NCBI GenBank assembly: GCA_050260675.1
Contig: JBLNCN010000010.1
Coordinates: 132,523 to 196,522, forward strand
From: Bacillota bacterium
GTDB lineage: Bacteria; Bacillota; Sulfobacillia; Fermentithermobacillales; Fermentithermobacillaceae
Reading direction: 5' to 3'
DNA length: 64,000 nucleotides
The notes under the pieces are model-generated. The model made no database searches. It worked only from the letters and a program-made list of their open reading frames with translations, and had not been told where the DNA came from. A program made the translations under genes and the position numbers. This document shows positions 12,405-23,218 of this stretch, in pieces (within the stretch, counting starts at the first letter, position 1; each line of letters starts with the position of its first letter).

Positions 12405-13001
12405 ATGCCTCTCTCCGATATCATAGCCAAGATCGAGGAGACGTCTTTGGCGGAGAGCCGGAAGGTTCTCGAGGAGGCCGAAGATAGGCGCAAGAAGATC
12501 ATTTCCTCGGCGCAGGCCGAAGCCGAGTCCCGCAGGGAGCGGATCCTGGGCGAGGCTCGTTCCGGGGCAGCCAAAGCCGAATCGCTTTCAAAGGCTAGGG
12601 CGGATGCTCTTCGCCGCCAGCTGGTCCTTAAGGCCAAGCAGGAGCTGGTGGATGGAGTTTTCAGCGACGCCCTGTCGAGACTGTCCTCAATGCCGGTCGA
12701 GGCCTACAGGGAGACTATCCTTGGCGCGCTCCGCGGCTTTGCGAGCGGCACAGAGACAGTGACGCTGGGGCACGAGGATGAGGCAAGGCTCGGTCCCGGC
12801 TTCGCAGAAGCGGCTAACGCCGCTATGGTAGCTGCCGGCAAAGAAGGGCGGCTAAACGTAACCTTCGCTCCGGCGTCTTTGGGCGGCGGCCTGATCCTCA
12901 CGAGCGGCGGGGTGTCCGAGAACCTGACTTTCCCGACCCTGGTGGGTAGATTCCGGGACGAAATGGAACTGGAAGTAGCCCGGGTGCTGTTCAGCTCATA
13001 G
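12405..13001 (+). CDS. ntpE: V/A-type ATPase subunit E
   Basis: A 198-aa protein with an N-terminal coiled coil (AQAEAESRRERILGEAR), in the expected operon position. Confidence 0.8.
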   Translation: MPLSDIIAKIEETSLAESRKVLEEAEDRRKKIISSAQAEAESRRERILGEARSGAAKAESLSKARADALRRQLVLKAKQELVDGVFSDALSRLSSMPVEAYRETILGALRGFASGTETVTLGHEDEARLGPGFAEAANAAMVAAGKEGRLNVTFAPASLGGGLILTSGGVSENLTFPTLVGRFRDEMELEVARVLFSS

Positions 13002-13038
13002 GTGCGCGAGGCTACAGGGCCCAAAAGGTGGGTAGACC

Positions 13039-14091
13039 TTGGACGAGTACATCTGGGCCAGCGCTGTTGGCCGAGTCAGGATAAAAGAGAAGGAACTGCT
13101 GTCGCGTGCTCTCTTGCAGCAGGCGGCTGAGGCGCCCGACTTTGCCTCGGCTCTTGCGACGCTTCGGGACACCTACTACGGTCCGTACGTATCGGGGCTT
13201 TCAGGCAGAGATGATTTTATTGCAGCGTTGGAGCGAGCCCTGAACGGGGCTTACGACTACGCTATGTCCATAGCTCCGGTTCACATCCTTCTTACGGCAT
13301 TTCGCGGCAGACATGACTTCCATAACCTAAAGGTCTTGGCCAAGGTGGCCTACGGAACCGGAAAAGGTTACGAGCAGGCATTCTCCAACACCGGCAACTT
13401 CAGTCCAGAAGGACTCCAAAAGCTGCTGCTTGCTCCCAAGGTCGACCTGGGAGAGGGCGCGAGGGCTGACCTTAAAGTTGAGATAACCGCGCTCCGCAAG
13501 ACCAATGAGGAAGCGATGAACCTCATTGCCAGCAGTGAGGGCCTATCTCCGGCCTCGGTAGCGCTTTTGGTGGATAGTCTGATCGACCGGGCTTACTACC
13601 GGTGGGCTTCATCCCTCTACCGCCGGTACGGCCACCCGGGCCTCCGCGAGTTTCTTTCCGCGGAGATCGATCAACTGAACTTGCGCGTTGCGGTGAGGGC
13701 GACCAGGCTCAGGATCGGCTCCCCCTACTACGCGAACATGGTCCTCCCGGGCGGCACTGTCCGCGCCGAAAAACTCTCATCAGCCTATGAGGCGGGGATC
13801 TCGGACGTTGCTGCCCTGTACAAGGGTACCCCATGGGCCGAGTTGGCCAAAGAAGGTGCGGAGATCTGCCTCACGGAGCAGTCCTTGACCAGATGGGAAA
13901 AAGCTTGCGACGACGCGCTGATGGCTGTCGTCAGGAAAGCCAGGTTCTTCTCTCTGGGACCCGAACCCGTCTTTGGTTACATCTACGGCAAGGAAGCGGA
14001 GACCCGCAACCTGAGAGTGATCCTCTCCGGAAAGCAATCTACGGTCTCCGCCCAGGAGATCTCGGAGAGGTTGCGTGATCCCTATGTCTAG
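13039..14091 (+). CDS. ntpC: V/A-type ATPase subunit C (d-like)
   Basis: A 350-aa helical protein with the expected size and position. Confidence 0.8.
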   Translation: MDEYIWASAVGRVRIKEKELLSRALLQQAAEAPDFASALATLRDTYYGPYVSGLSGRDDFIAALERALNGAYDYAMSIAPVHILLTAFRGRHDFHNLKVLAKVAYGTGKGYEQAFSNTGNFSPEGLQKLLLAPKVDLGEGARADLKVEITALRKTNEEAMNLIASSEGLSPASVALLVDSLIDRAYYRWASSLYRRYGHPGLREFLSAEIDQLNLRVAVRATRLRIGSPYYANMVLPGGTVRAEKLSSAYEAGISDVAALYKGTPWAELAKEGAEICLTEQSLTRWEKACDDALMAVVRKARFFSLGPEPVFGYIYGKEAETRNLRVILSGKQSTVSAQEISERLRDPYV

Positions 14092-14407
14092 GGTGGCTGT
14101 GCTTGGAGAAAGGGATGCGGTCCTCGGCTTCAGGGCCAGCGGCGCTGTGGTCTATTGCGCCGATTCTGCGGACGAAGCGAAGGATGCCCTGGAAGCGGTC
14201 CTTAAGGAGGACTTCGCCATCTTGCTGGTCACTGAGTGGGTAGCCGAGGCGCTGAAGACGGAGCTTGCCCCTCTGTACGAGGAGTCCAAACCTGTTGTGA
14301 CTGTGTTGCCTGACGCCCGCGGCGTAGGCGGGCAAGCCATGGAGATCCTCCGCAAGAGGGTCGAGCGGGCGGTTGGGGCAAACATTTTGTTAAAGCGAGA
14401 GGAATGA
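14075..14407 (+). CDS. ntpF: V/A-type ATPase subunit F
   Basis: A 110-aa protein beginning MIPMSRVAVLGERDAVLGFRASG, which is subunit-F-like. It overlaps ntpC by 17 nt. Confidence 0.8.
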   Translation: MIPMSRVAVLGERDAVLGFRASGAVVYCADSADEAKDALEAVLKEDFAILLVTEWVAEALKTELAPLYEESKPVVTVLPDARGVGGQAMEILRKRVERAVGANILLKREE

Positions 14408-14413
14408 TGCGGC

Positions 14414-16177
14414 ATGGCAGATAGCCAGGTTCAGGGAAAGATTGTGAAGGTGTCCGGGCCACTGGTCGTAGCTTCGGGCATGGCTGGCTGCCGCATGTTC
14501 GATGTGGTCAGGGTCGGTGCCAAAGGGGTCATCGGAGAGGTCATCGAGCTTCGGGGCGACACCGCTTCCATACAGGTATACGAGGAGACGTCGGGCGTCG
14601 GGCCGGGCGAGCCTGTGGTTTCTACAGGCGCTCCTCTGTCGGTTGAGTTGGGACCAGGCCTCATCGGCGCGATCTTCGACGGCATCCAGCGGCCCCTGAA
14701 CGTCATCAGGGACATGGCGGGAGACTACATCGCCAGGGGACTTGAGGTCCCCGGGCTGGACCGTGAGAAGAAGTGGGCGTTCAAACCCGTCGCCAAGGCC
14801 GGACAGAAGGTTACGGCGGGCTCGGTCCTCGGCACAGTGCAGGAGACCCCCCTGGTTGCCCACCGGGTAATGGTCCCTCCAATGGTTAAGGAAGCGACCG
14901 TCAAGGCTATCCATGAAGGCGAGTTCACAGTCACCGACACCGTCGCTGAGCTCGATACCCCGGCCGGAACCGTGAAGGTGGCTATGCTGCAGCGCTGGCC
15001 GGTCCGCCAGTCGAGGCCGGTAAAAGAGAAACTGGCTCCGGTCGACCAACTGGTTACTGGTCAGCGGGTTGTCGATGCTTTCTTCCCCATCGCCAAGGGC
15101 GGCACCGCCTGCGTGCCAGGACCGTTCGGCAGCGGCAAGACCGTCATCCAGCACCAGCTCGCCAAGTGGGCTAATGCCGACATCATCGTGTTCATAGGCT
15201 GCGGCGAGCGCGGGAACGAGATGACCGACGTTCTACTTGAGTTCCCTGAGCTGAAGGACCCCCGGAGCGGACGTCCTCTTATGGAGCGCACGATCCTGGT
15301 GGCCAACACCTCCAACATGCCGGTGGCGGCGCGCGAGGCGTCCATCTACACCGGGATGACGCTGGCCGAGTACTACCGCGACATGGGATACGACGTGGCG
15401 CTCATGGCCGACTCGACGTCCCGCTGGGCTGAAGCCCTCCGCGAGATCTCGGGACGCCTTGAGGAAATGCCCGGCGAAGAAGGATACCCCGCCTACCTGG
15501 GTTCCAGGTTGGCTGAGTTCTACGAGAGAGCAGGCAAGGCAAAACTCTTGGGAGACGACGACCGCGTCGGAGCGCTGTCCGCAATCGGCGCTGTTTCACC
15601 GCCCGGCGGAGACCTCTCGGAACCCGTGACCCAGGCCACGCTCCGGATCGTGAAAGTGTTCTGGGGTCTCGACGACCGGCTGGCGGCCCGCAAACACTTC
15701 CCGGCCATCAACTGGCTTACCAGCTACTCGCTGTACGGCGAGAGGCTGGACCAGTTCTTCAGGCAGGCAGCCGGACCTGATTTCCCGGAAATGCGCGACG
15801 AGGCCATGGCCATTCTGCAGGAGGAGTCGGAACTCAGCGAGATCGTCCGGTTGGTCGGTGTGGACGCCCTTTCGTCGAGGCAGCGGATGGTCCTCGAGAC
15901 CGCCAAGTCCCTCCGAGAGGACTTCCTGTACCAGAGCGCGTTCCATGAGGTCGACACCTACTGCTCTCAGAAGAAGCAGTACGGCATCCTTCAAGCCATC
16001 CTGACCTTCCACCACAAGGCGCTGGAGGCCCTGGATGCCGGAATCCGTATAGACAAGATCCTTGCGCTGCCGGTAAGGGAACGCATTTCGAGGGCCAGGG
16101 TAACACCCGAAGATCAGTGGCCGAAGGAGTACGAGCGCATCATGGCGGCCATCGGGCAGGAGATCGAGGCCGCTTGA
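14414..16177 (+). CDS. ntpA: V/A-type ATPase catalytic subunit A
   Basis: Walker A motif GPFGSGKT, 587 aa, with no intein-sized insertion. Confidence 0.95.
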   Translation: MADSQVQGKIVKVSGPLVVASGMAGCRMFDVVRVGAKGVIGEVIELRGDTASIQVYEETSGVGPGEPVVSTGAPLSVELGPGLIGAIFDGIQRPLNVIRDMAGDYIARGLEVPGLDREKKWAFKPVAKAGQKVTAGSVLGTVQETPLVAHRVMVPPMVKEATVKAIHEGEFTVTDTVAELDTPAGTVKVAMLQRWPVRQSRPVKEKLAPVDQLVTGQRVVDAFFPIAKGGTACVPGPFGSGKTVIQHQLAKWANADIIVFIGCGERGNEMTDVLLEFPELKDPRSGRPLMERTILVANTSNMPVAAREASIYTGMTLAEYYRDMGYDVALMADSTSRWAEALREISGRLEEMPGEEGYPAYLGSRLAEFYERAGKAKLLGDDDRVGALSAIGAVSPPGGDLSEPVTQATLRIVKVFWGLDDRLAARKHFPAINWLTSYSLYGERLDQFFRQAAGPDFPEMRDEAMAILQEESELSEIVRLVGVDALSSRQRMVLETAKSLREDFLYQSAFHEVDTYCSQKKQYGILQAILTFHHKALEALDAGIRIDKILALPVRERISRARVTPEDQWPKEYERIMAAIGQEIEAA

Positions 16178-16258
16178 CGCGGCGTCCGCCCATTGGGCTA
16201 GGCTGCGTAAGCGAGTTGCTTTTTCGGATCGCGTAATGCCGAAACTGGGGGAATCGCT

Positions 16259-17662
16259 ATGCCGTTGGAATACACGACCATAACTCAGATCTCGGGACCT
16301 CTCGTACTGGTCGAGCAGGTGCGCGAAGTGCACTACGACGAGCTTGTCGAGGTCGAGGCCAAGGACGGCGAAGTCCGTCGCGGCCGCGTCCTCGAGGCAT
16401 CGGAGGGCAAGGCCCTGGTACAGCTCTTTGAGGGTACTTCGGGGTTGGACGTCACCAGCTCCAAGGTACGGTTCCTGGGCAAGGTTCTGGAGATCCCCGT
16501 CTCCGAGGATATCCTGGGCCGCGTCTTCGACGGCGCGGGCAACCCCATCGATGGGGGACCCCGGATAATCCCCGAAAAGCGCCTGGACATCAACGGGAGC
16601 CCCATCAACCCGTTTGCACGGGCCTATCCGTCGGAGTTCATCCAGACCGGCATCTCGGGCATCGATTGCATGAACCCCCTGGTGCGCGGGCAGAAGTTGC
16701 CTATCTTCTCGGGCTCCGGCCTGCCGCATGCCCAGATTGCCGCGCAAATCGCAAGGCAAGCTACGGTGTTGGGCTCCAACGAACCCTTCGCCGTGGTCTT
16801 CGGCGCCATGGGCATTACGTTTGAGGAAGCCGACTACTTCATGTCCGACTTCCGCCGGACCGGCGCTATAGACCGCGCCGTGCTTTTCATCAACCTGGCC
16901 AACGACCCCGTTATCGAGCGCATCGCGACACCGCGCATGGCGTTGACCGTGGCCGAGTATCTGGCATTTGAAAAGGACATGCACGTCCTGGTTATCCTCA
17001 CCGACATGACCAACTACGCTGAGGCCCTCCGGGAAGTGTCGGCTGCCCGCAAGGAGGTCCCCGGGCGGCGCGGGTATCCCGGCTACATGTACACGGACCT
17101 CTCGCAGATGTACGAGCGCGCCGGCCGCATCCGCGGCAAGAAGGGCTCCATCACGCAGATCCCGATCCTGTCGATGCCGGAAGACGACAAGACCCATCCG
17201 ATTCCCGACCTTACGGGGTACATTACAGAGGGACAGGTCATCCTGTCGCGAGACCTGCACAAGAAGGGCATCTACCCGCCCATCAACGTGTCGATATCCC
17301 TCTCCCGTCTGAAGGACAAGGGTATCGGAGCAGGCAAGACTCGCGAAGACCACGCCGACGTCCTGAACCAGCTTTCCGACGCGTACGACCGCGGTAAGGA
17401 AGCGCGGGAGCTCTCTGTGGTGCTCGGCGAAGCGGCTTTGACAGAAACCGATAAACTTTTCCTAAAATTCGCCGATGCATTTGAGGCAAGGTTCGTCAAG
17501 CAGGGACACACTGAGAACCGGGCCATCACAGAGACCTTGGACATCGGTTGGGACCTCTTGGGGCTGCTGCCAAGGACGGAATTGAAGCGCGTATCAGACA
17601 AGAACGCGGCCAAGTACCTCCGTAAGGGCGAGAACAAAGACGCCGGCGCGGCAACCTCATAG
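16259..17662 (+). CDS. ntpB: V/A-type ATPase subunit B
   Basis: A 467-aa non-catalytic B subunit containing [26 protein letters not shown]. Confidence 0.95.
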   Translation: MPLEYTTITQISGPLVLVEQVREVHYDELVEVEAKDGEVRRGRVLEASEGKALVQLFEGTSGLDVTSSKVRFLGKVLEIPVSEDILGRVFDGAGNPIDGGPRIIPEKRLDINGSPINPFARAYPSEFIQTGISGIDCMNPLVRGQKLPIFSGSGLPHAQIAAQIARQATVLGSNEPFAVVFGAMGITFEEADYFMSDFRRTGAIDRAVLFINLANDPVIERIATPRMALTVAEYLAFEKDMHVLVILTDMTNYAEALREVSAARKEVPGRRGYPGYMYTDLSQMYERAGRIRGKKGSITQIPILSMPEDDKTHPIPDLTGYITEGQVILSRDLHKKGIYPPINVSISLSRLKDKGIGAGKTREDHADVLNQLSDAYDRGKEARELSVVLGEAALTETDKLFLKFADAFEARFVKQGHTENRAITETLDIGWDLLGLLPRTELKRVSDKNAAKYLRKGENKDAGAATS

Positions 17663-17677
17663 GGGGTGGCGTAGACC

Positions 17678-18328
17678 GTGGAACTCAGGGTTAACGCGAC
17701 CCGCCAGGAACTAACGAGGCTGAAAAACAGGGTCAGGATGGCGACCCGTGGCCACAAGCTGCTGAAAGACAAGCGGGACCAGCTCATGAAGGAATTCATG
17801 GCGGTGGTTCACGAGAACCAGCGGCTTCGGGAGGAGCTCGAAAGGCGCCTCTCCCACGCGTACCGGAGTTTTTCTCAGGCCAGGGCCCTATTATCGCCTC
17901 CTGTTCTGGAAGAAGCGCTGCTTGCCTCTTCCGGACCCGGTGAAGTCGGTATATCCTACCGGAGGATCATGAACGTGGTTGTGCCCGAAATGCAGCTAGA
18001 GGGGCGCAATCAGGAAGCCGCAGCCGATGATGTGGAAGGAGAAATCCCTCCCTACGGTCTTGCGGCAACATCCTCCGACCTTGACGACGCCTTGAGCCAG
18101 TTCCGGGGTATCCTCCCGCTACTGGTAAAGCTCTCCGAGGTCGAGCGCAAAATCCAACTTTTGGCTGACGAGATTGAGCGGACCAGACGGAGAGTAAATG
18201 CCCTGGAGTACGTGCTTATTCCGGAGCTGGAGCGGGCAGTCAAGGACGTCCATATGAGGCTCGAGGAGATGGACCGGGCCAGCGCGTCCCGCCTGATGAA
18301 AGTGAAAGACATCGTACGGGCGCACTGA
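17678..18328 (+). CDS. ntpD: V/A-type ATPase subunit D
   Basis: A 216-aa coiled-coil central stalk protein and the last gene of the operon. Confidence 0.85.
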   Translation: MELRVNATRQELTRLKNRVRMATRGHKLLKDKRDQLMKEFMAVVHENQRLREELERRLSHAYRSFSQARALLSPPVLEEALLASSGPGEVGISYRRIMNVVVPEMQLEGRNQEAAADDVEGEIPPYGLAATSSDLDDALSQFRGILPLLVKLSEVERKIQLLADEIERTRRRVNALEYVLIPELERAVKDVHMRLEEMDRASASRLMKVKDIVRAH

Positions 18329-18426
18329 AAAGGTTTTCCGGGATACTGCCCTCTCCAAGTAAGACAATAAAACTAAAGATGCGAGCGGCGCGCGGAATGC
18401 TGGCTTGGGCGTGAGGAGCAGATCCT

Positions 18427-19710
18427 ATGAGCATCGTTATTCACGGGGGAAGGCCTCTACGAGGCAACGTCAAGTGCGATGGCGCTAAGAACGCCGCTTT
18501 GCCGGTCATGGCCGGCGCCCTTTTGTCTGAGGACGTCTCGGAGGTTTCGGGCGTGCCGAACCTGAGGGATGTCGGGACGATGACGGCGATGCTCCGTTCG
18601 CTCAATATCCCTGTCAAGCAGACCGGTACAACCGTTAGGATAGACCCGGGGCGAAAGCCCAGACGCGAAGCCCCCTATGACCTGGTCAGGCTCATGAGGG
18701 CTTCATTCCTTATCATGGGACCTCTTCTGGCCCGATGCGGCAGTGCCTCGGTGCCCGCTCCAGGCGGCTGCGCCATAGGCCAGCGCCCCGTGGACCTTCA
18801 TCTCAAAGGATTTCAAGCCATGGGGGCCGACATCTCCATTGAGGGCGGTTTCATCAAGGCATCATCCAGGAAACTCCACGGCGCGGACATCTACCTGGAC
18901 GTCCCGTCTGTCGGAGCTACCGAAAACATCATGATGGCCGCAACGCTGGCCAATGGGGTTACCGTGATCGAGAACGCCGCCCAGGAACCGGAGATAGTGG
19001 ACCTCGCCAACTTTTTGAACGCGATGGGAGCGGACGTCAGCGGCGCCGGTACATCGCGGATTAAGGTCGAAGGCGTGAAGGAGCTGCATGGAGCAGCCCA
19101 TACGATTATCCCGGACAGGGTCGAAGCTGCGACCTACCTCATAGCCGGGGCAATCACCCGGGGCAAGGTCACCGTCGAGAACGTCATTCCGACTCACTTG
19201 CGTTCGGTCCTCGCCAAGCTCAAGGAGTGCGGCGCATTCCTCCTGGAAGCCAACAGGTCCATAGAGATCGAGATGCCGGGAAGGCCGGAAGCTGTCTCAG
19301 TCAAGACCATGTTCTACCCCGGATTCCCAACCGACGTGCAGGCCCCTCTTATGGCTCTGTGCGCTGTCGCGCAAGGGACCAGCGTCATAACGGAAACGGT
19401 TTTTGAGAGCCGCTTCCATCATGCCGAAGAACTGGCCAGAATGGGCGCTCGGATCCAGATTGAAGGGCAGAGCGCAATAGTCGAAGGCGTTGAGAGGCTG
19501 ACCAGCGCTTCGCTGCAGGCCGCCGATCTCCGCGCCGGCGCTGCCTTGTGCCTGGCAGCCCTTGCGGCCGATGGCGAGAGCGAGATTGCGGGCACCGAAC
19601 ACATCGATCGTGGCTACACGGACTTCGCCGGCAAACTCCGCCAGCTGGGAGCCGATGCCCAGGACCAGAATCCTCAGCTTTCGCACAAATACGGGTCATT
19701 GGACTCCTAG
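18427..19710 (+). CDS. murA: UDP-N-acetylglucosamine 1-carboxyvinyltransferase
   Basis: MSIVIHGGRPLRGNVKCDGAKNAALPVMAGALL is the MurA N-terminus. It occupies the same position as murAA, which follows the atp operon in Bacillus. Confidence 0.93.
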   Translation: MSIVIHGGRPLRGNVKCDGAKNAALPVMAGALLSEDVSEVSGVPNLRDVGTMTAMLRSLNIPVKQTGTTVRIDPGRKPRREAPYDLVRLMRASFLIMGPLLARCGSASVPAPGGCAIGQRPVDLHLKGFQAMGADISIEGGFIKASSRKLHGADIYLDVPSVGATENIMMAATLANGVTVIENAAQEPEIVDLANFLNAMGADVSGAGTSRIKVEGVKELHGAAHTIIPDRVEAATYLIAGAITRGKVTVENVIPTHLRSVLAKLKECGAFLLEANRSIEIEMPGRPEAVSVKTMFYPGFPTDVQAPLMALCAVAQGTSVITETVFESRFHHAEELARMGARIQIEGQSAIVEGVERLTSASLQAADLRAGAALCLAALAADGESEIAGTEHIDRGYTDFAGKLRQLGADAQDQNPQLSHKYGSLDS

Positions 19711-19737
19711 GCGTCGGACCTCCAAACGCTACATTTG

Positions 19738-19770
19738 TCGGCGTCCGGCTGTAAATGCCGGACTTCTACT
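19738..19770 (+). terminator. Probable terminator after murA
   Basis: Hairpin gtccggc-tgtaaat-gccggac followed by a U-rich stretch (ttctacttg). The U tract is weak. Confidence 0.45.
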
Positions 19771-19824
19771 TGCTGACTTCTAAAGGCTTGTACAACCCCC
19801 ATATGAATAGAACATTGCTAAACC

Positions 19825-20841
19825 TTGACCGCCCCGGTGGCGGCTGTGGGGGTTTGTTGCGTGAAGAGGCTCCTCTACCTGTTGCTTTTTGCCTTCGGAG
19901 TCTACCTCGGACTGCCGTCGACTCCGACTTCTCCATATCAGATCCAGATCCGGGCCTCGCAACTAGCTGATCCCCTGCTGAGGATTGACGTTTATTACGC
20001 AGAGACAGGCGAGGTCCTTCGCCTTGACCTGGAGGAGTACCTGAAAGGTGTCGTGGCCTCGGAAATGCCCGCAAACTTCTCCGCGGAGGCACTGAAAGCC
20101 CAGGCTGTCGTGGCGAGGACTATTGCCGTGAGGAAGATGAAAGTACTGGGCGGAACGCCGTCCCTTCCGGAAAAGGGTGCGGACGTGAGCTCAGACTACC
20201 GCGTCGACCAGGCGTGGACGCCCACCGAGGTACTGCGCCAGCGATGGGGAGCCGTGGCATTCTGGCTCAACTGGCCCAAGATCGAGAAGGCGGTGGAGGA
20301 GACGCGGGGTATCATCCTCATGTACGGAGGTGTCCCCTGCGAAGCGGTATTCCACTCTACCTGCGCCGGCCATACAGAGGCCGCTTGCGACGTTTGGGTC
20401 GGCAACGTGCCGTATCTGCAGAGCGTCGAGTGCCCTTACTGCGCCCATTCGCCGTACACCAGACCCCAGACCGTGACGGTCCCGCTTTCCAAGGTCTCTG
20501 CGTCTCTGGGCAGTCTCGGCATATCGGTCCCGGCATCAAAGATCGACTCAAGCACCATAGCCGTCTCTCAGATATCCCCGACAGGCCGGATCAAGCAGGT
20601 GGTCGTGAGCGGCGAGGCCGTCCGCGGACTGGAGTTTCGCATGGCGTTGGGCCTGCGCTCCACCAACCTTTCCTGGAGCATCAAAGGGCAGAACGCGATC
20701 TTCCAGGTGAGGGGATACGGGCATGGGGTGGGCATGTGCCAGTACGGCGCCGACGGCCTGGCGCGTCAGGGCCGCACTTTCAAGGAGATCCTGGCTTACT
20801 ACTACAGGGGGACGACGACTGCGGGGATCTTCGAGGAGTAG
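19825..20841 (+). CDS. spoIID: Stage II sporulation protein D (SpoIID lytic transglycosylase)
   Basis: The C-terminus FQVRGYGHGVGMCQYGADGLARQG is the SpoIID/LytB signature, and the position after murA matches Bacillus. The true start may be the GTG near 19861. Confidence 0.9.
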   Translation: MTAPVAAVGVCCVKRLLYLLLFAFGVYLGLPSTPTSPYQIQIRASQLADPLLRIDVYYAETGEVLRLDLEEYLKGVVASEMPANFSAEALKAQAVVARTIAVRKMKVLGGTPSLPEKGADVSSDYRVDQAWTPTEVLRQRWGAVAFWLNWPKIEKAVEETRGIILMYGGVPCEAVFHSTCAGHTEAACDVWVGNVPYLQSVECPYCAHSPYTRPQTVTVPLSKVSASLGSLGISVPASKIDSSTIAVSQISPTGRIKQVVVSGEAVRGLEFRMALGLRSTNLSWSIKGQNAIFQVRGYGHGVGMCQYGADGLARQGRTFKEILAYYYRGTTTAGIFEE

Positions 20842-20855
20842 GTACTGTCAGTTGA

Positions 20856-23063
20856 TCACTTGTCGGAACATCCATCTGGCCCTGCTGCTTGCTCCTGCAA
20901 GTTGGCCACTACTTGAGTTGGGCCGGTTCGGTGTCCGCGCTCTTTACGGGTCAAGATAACTCGTTCAAAAACGGGCACCAACGACGGATCGAACTGGCTG
21001 CCGGAACACCGCCGCAGTTCGTCCAGGGCTTCCTCGACTGAGCGGGCAGCCCTGTAGGGCCTTTCATGAGTCATTGCATCAAACGCATCAGCTATAGCAG
21101 TAATCCTGGCAGTCAGCGGGATATCATTGCCCGCGATTCCTCGTGGGTATCCTGTTCCGTCCCAACGCTCATGATGGGAAAGGACACCATCCGCGATCAG
21201 GCAAAGGTCGCTGGTGGCACGCGCGATCCGGTAGCCCACTTCAGGATGCTTTTTCACGGTTACCCACTCATCCGGAGTCAGCACTCCCTGTTTGAGGAGA
21301 ATGTGGTCCGGGATTCCGATCTTGCCGACGTCGTGAAGGGAAGCCAAGAGCGCAAGCTCATCGAGCCCGCTTTGGTCCATTCCCAAGGCTTTGCCTACCA
21401 GCGTCGACAACTCCTTTATCCTATCGCAGTGCTCCTTCGTCTCTCGGCTAGCTTCAAGCAGCGAACGCTCGAGTGAAGAGAGGAGAGCATGCCGCGCGCT
21501 GCGCCTATCACCGAGTTTATTCAGGTACATGTGATCCTCGGCCTTCTTTATGAGGTCGCGGACTGGTAGCTTCGCATCCGTTCTCGTAGCATGGCCGAGT
21601 GAGATACTGATCTCTGACGAGCGACAATTGCCTGCGATTCTGTCGCACAATTCGCCGGCAGCCTGTGCCTCTGCGCCTGGCAGTATGACCAGGAATTCGT
21701 CGCCGCCCCACCTCACGACTGTATCCTGCCGCCTGCAGGCAGCCTTGAGCGCCTTGGCAGCAGCCACGATAAGCCGGTCGCCTTTCGCGTGACCCAGAGT
21801 GTCGTTGATCAGCTTCAGGCCGTTTAGATCTCCCATGATGATGCTTAATGAAGGTTCGTCGGCTACTCTGCTGAGCAATTTGTCTTCGAAGTAAGCTCTA
21901 TTGTGCACCCGGGTCAGGCCGTCGTGATAGGTTAGGTATTCCATCCTTCGTTCAGCCTGCATTCGCCTGTGGTAGGTTGCCATAATCTCGGAGACGGTAA
22001 CCATCAGCGTGGTTTCCTCGTCTGACCATTCCCTGGCCTGACGGCAGCCGACACACAGCACACCTATGAGCTTATCCTGATACTTAATAGGGACTAATGC
22101 GAACGCTCTAAGCCCCATCTCACATACAATCCTCTCTTGATGGGGGTTAAGGTCGGAAGACTCCATGAGGTCTCCCGCAAGAACACGACCGCCGGATCTG
22201 AGAGTCTCATACCAATCGCCAAGCCATGAAGCCTCGAACCCGGGGCGAAGGAAGCCGGAAGTCATGTTTGAGGGGTCCGGCCATTCTTTGATGCGCGAGA
22301 TGGTCTTCTGGTCCCATAGCCGAATGACTGAGCAGTAATCCAGCTCCAGAGTACTTGCTATCATCTCCAGTACGTCATCTAGATCCTCGCCTTCCTTTGA
22401 CACTAGCATCTGAGCTACTTTCGCAACGCAGTTCTCGAAGAGTGCTGTGCGCCGAAGAGCGGCCTCAGTCTTCTTTCGGTCCGATATGTCAATCATGAGT
22501 GTGCCAAACTGTCCTTTCGGCAGCGAGAACACGGTATAGGCGAAATGCCTGTCCAGGTCCTGAATGTAGGTTTCAAAGCGGGCAGTCTGTCCGCTTAGAG
22601 CGACGCGCCCGAAGGTCTGAACAAGATCCTCTCCGAGTCTTGGAAAGAGATCATGACCTGTCTTGCCAACTACGTTCTCCTTAGCGAGTCCGGTGACCAC
22701 CTGAAAAGCAGGATTTACGTCAACGAAACGGTAGTCCACCGCGGTTCCGCCTTCGCTGCAGATGATCTCCCTCACCGCTAACCCTTCATCGAGCTCCCTG
22801 AAGACAGTCAGGTAACGTAGCTCTGCGCTCTCGAGCAAGTCCCGCTCTCTGGCTAGTTGCTTTTTCCTCGACGTATTGGACAAATAGAGAGCTACAGCTG
22901 AAATCAACGCGCTAATCACAAGGCACCGCGAGTAGAGCTCGTTCCGGGAAGGCTGCAGAATCTGACTCTGTAGCGTTCCGTCCGACAGAAGAAATGCGTG
23001 AACCGACGCATCTAGTATCCAGAGACCGGCGGCGGACATTGCCAATCGGACATAACGTTTCAT
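20856..23063 (-). CDS. Membrane-anchored multidomain c-di-GMP protein: TM-PAS-GAF-GGDEF-HD-GYP
   Basis: It has an intact GGDEF motif (RWGGDEFLVILPG) and HD-GYP motifs (LHDVGKIGIP, HHERWDGTGYP). Two N-terminal TM helices are followed by a PAS-like and a GAF-like sensor region. Confidence 0.85.
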   Translation of the reverse strand: MKRYVRLAMSAAGLWILDASVHAFLLSDGTLQSQILQPSRNELYSRCLVISALISAVALYLSNTSRKKQLARERDLLESAELRYLTVFRELDEGLAVREIICSEGGTAVDYRFVDVNPAFQVVTGLAKENVVGKTGHDLFPRLGEDLVQTFGRVALSGQTARFETYIQDLDRHFAYTVFSLPKGQFGTLMIDISDRKKTEAALRRTALFENCVAKVAQMLVSKEGEDLDDVLEMIASTLELDYCSVIRLWDQKTISRIKEWPDPSNMTSGFLRPGFEASWLGDWYETLRSGGRVLAGDLMESSDLNPHQERIVCEMGLRAFALVPIKYQDKLIGVLCVGCRQAREWSDEETTLMVTVSEIMATYHRRMQAERRMEYLTYHDGLTRVHNRAYFEDKLLSRVADEPSLSIIMGDLNGLKLINDTLGHAKGDRLIVAAAKALKAACRRQDTVVRWGGDEFLVILPGAEAQAAGELCDRIAGNCRSSEISISLGHATRTDAKLPVRDLIKKAEDHMYLNKLGDRRSARHALLSSLERSLLEASRETKEHCDRIKELSTLVGKALGMDQSGLDELALLASLHDVGKIGIPDHILLKQGVLTPDEWVTVKKHPEVGYRIARATSDLCLIADGVLSHHERWDGTGYPRGIAGNDIPLTARITAIADAFDAMTHERPYRAARSVEEALDELRRCSGSQFDPSLVPVFERVILTRKERGHRTGPTQVVANLQEQAAGPDGCSDK

Positions 23064-23218
23064 GCTTGGGTTTCCTCCCCGGAAACTGCGCTCTAGGCGG
23101 GAGATGTCAAAACGATCATCGAAGGCAAGGCCATTTGAGGGAGATTTTGCAAGTTAAACCAATATCGTAATAGTGTGCTGTGCTTGGACGGCTGCGCGAG
23201 TCGCCTGGGGAACGATAT

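Noticed and set aside
15596-17353. 585-aa antisense ORF spanning ntpA/ntpB, and many other 100-260-aa antisense ORFs (for example 1476-2264, 9352-9810, 26684-27715, 61409-62393)
   Set aside because: High-GC genomes generate long stop-free antisense frames. These lack recognisable domains, overlap well-supported conserved genes on the opposite strand, and have Arg/Pro/Gly-rich junk composition.
20214-20855. 213-aa alternative-frame ORF inside spoIID
   Set aside because: It is the same-strand +1 frame of a confidently identified gene, and its composition is Arg/Gly/Pro-rich.
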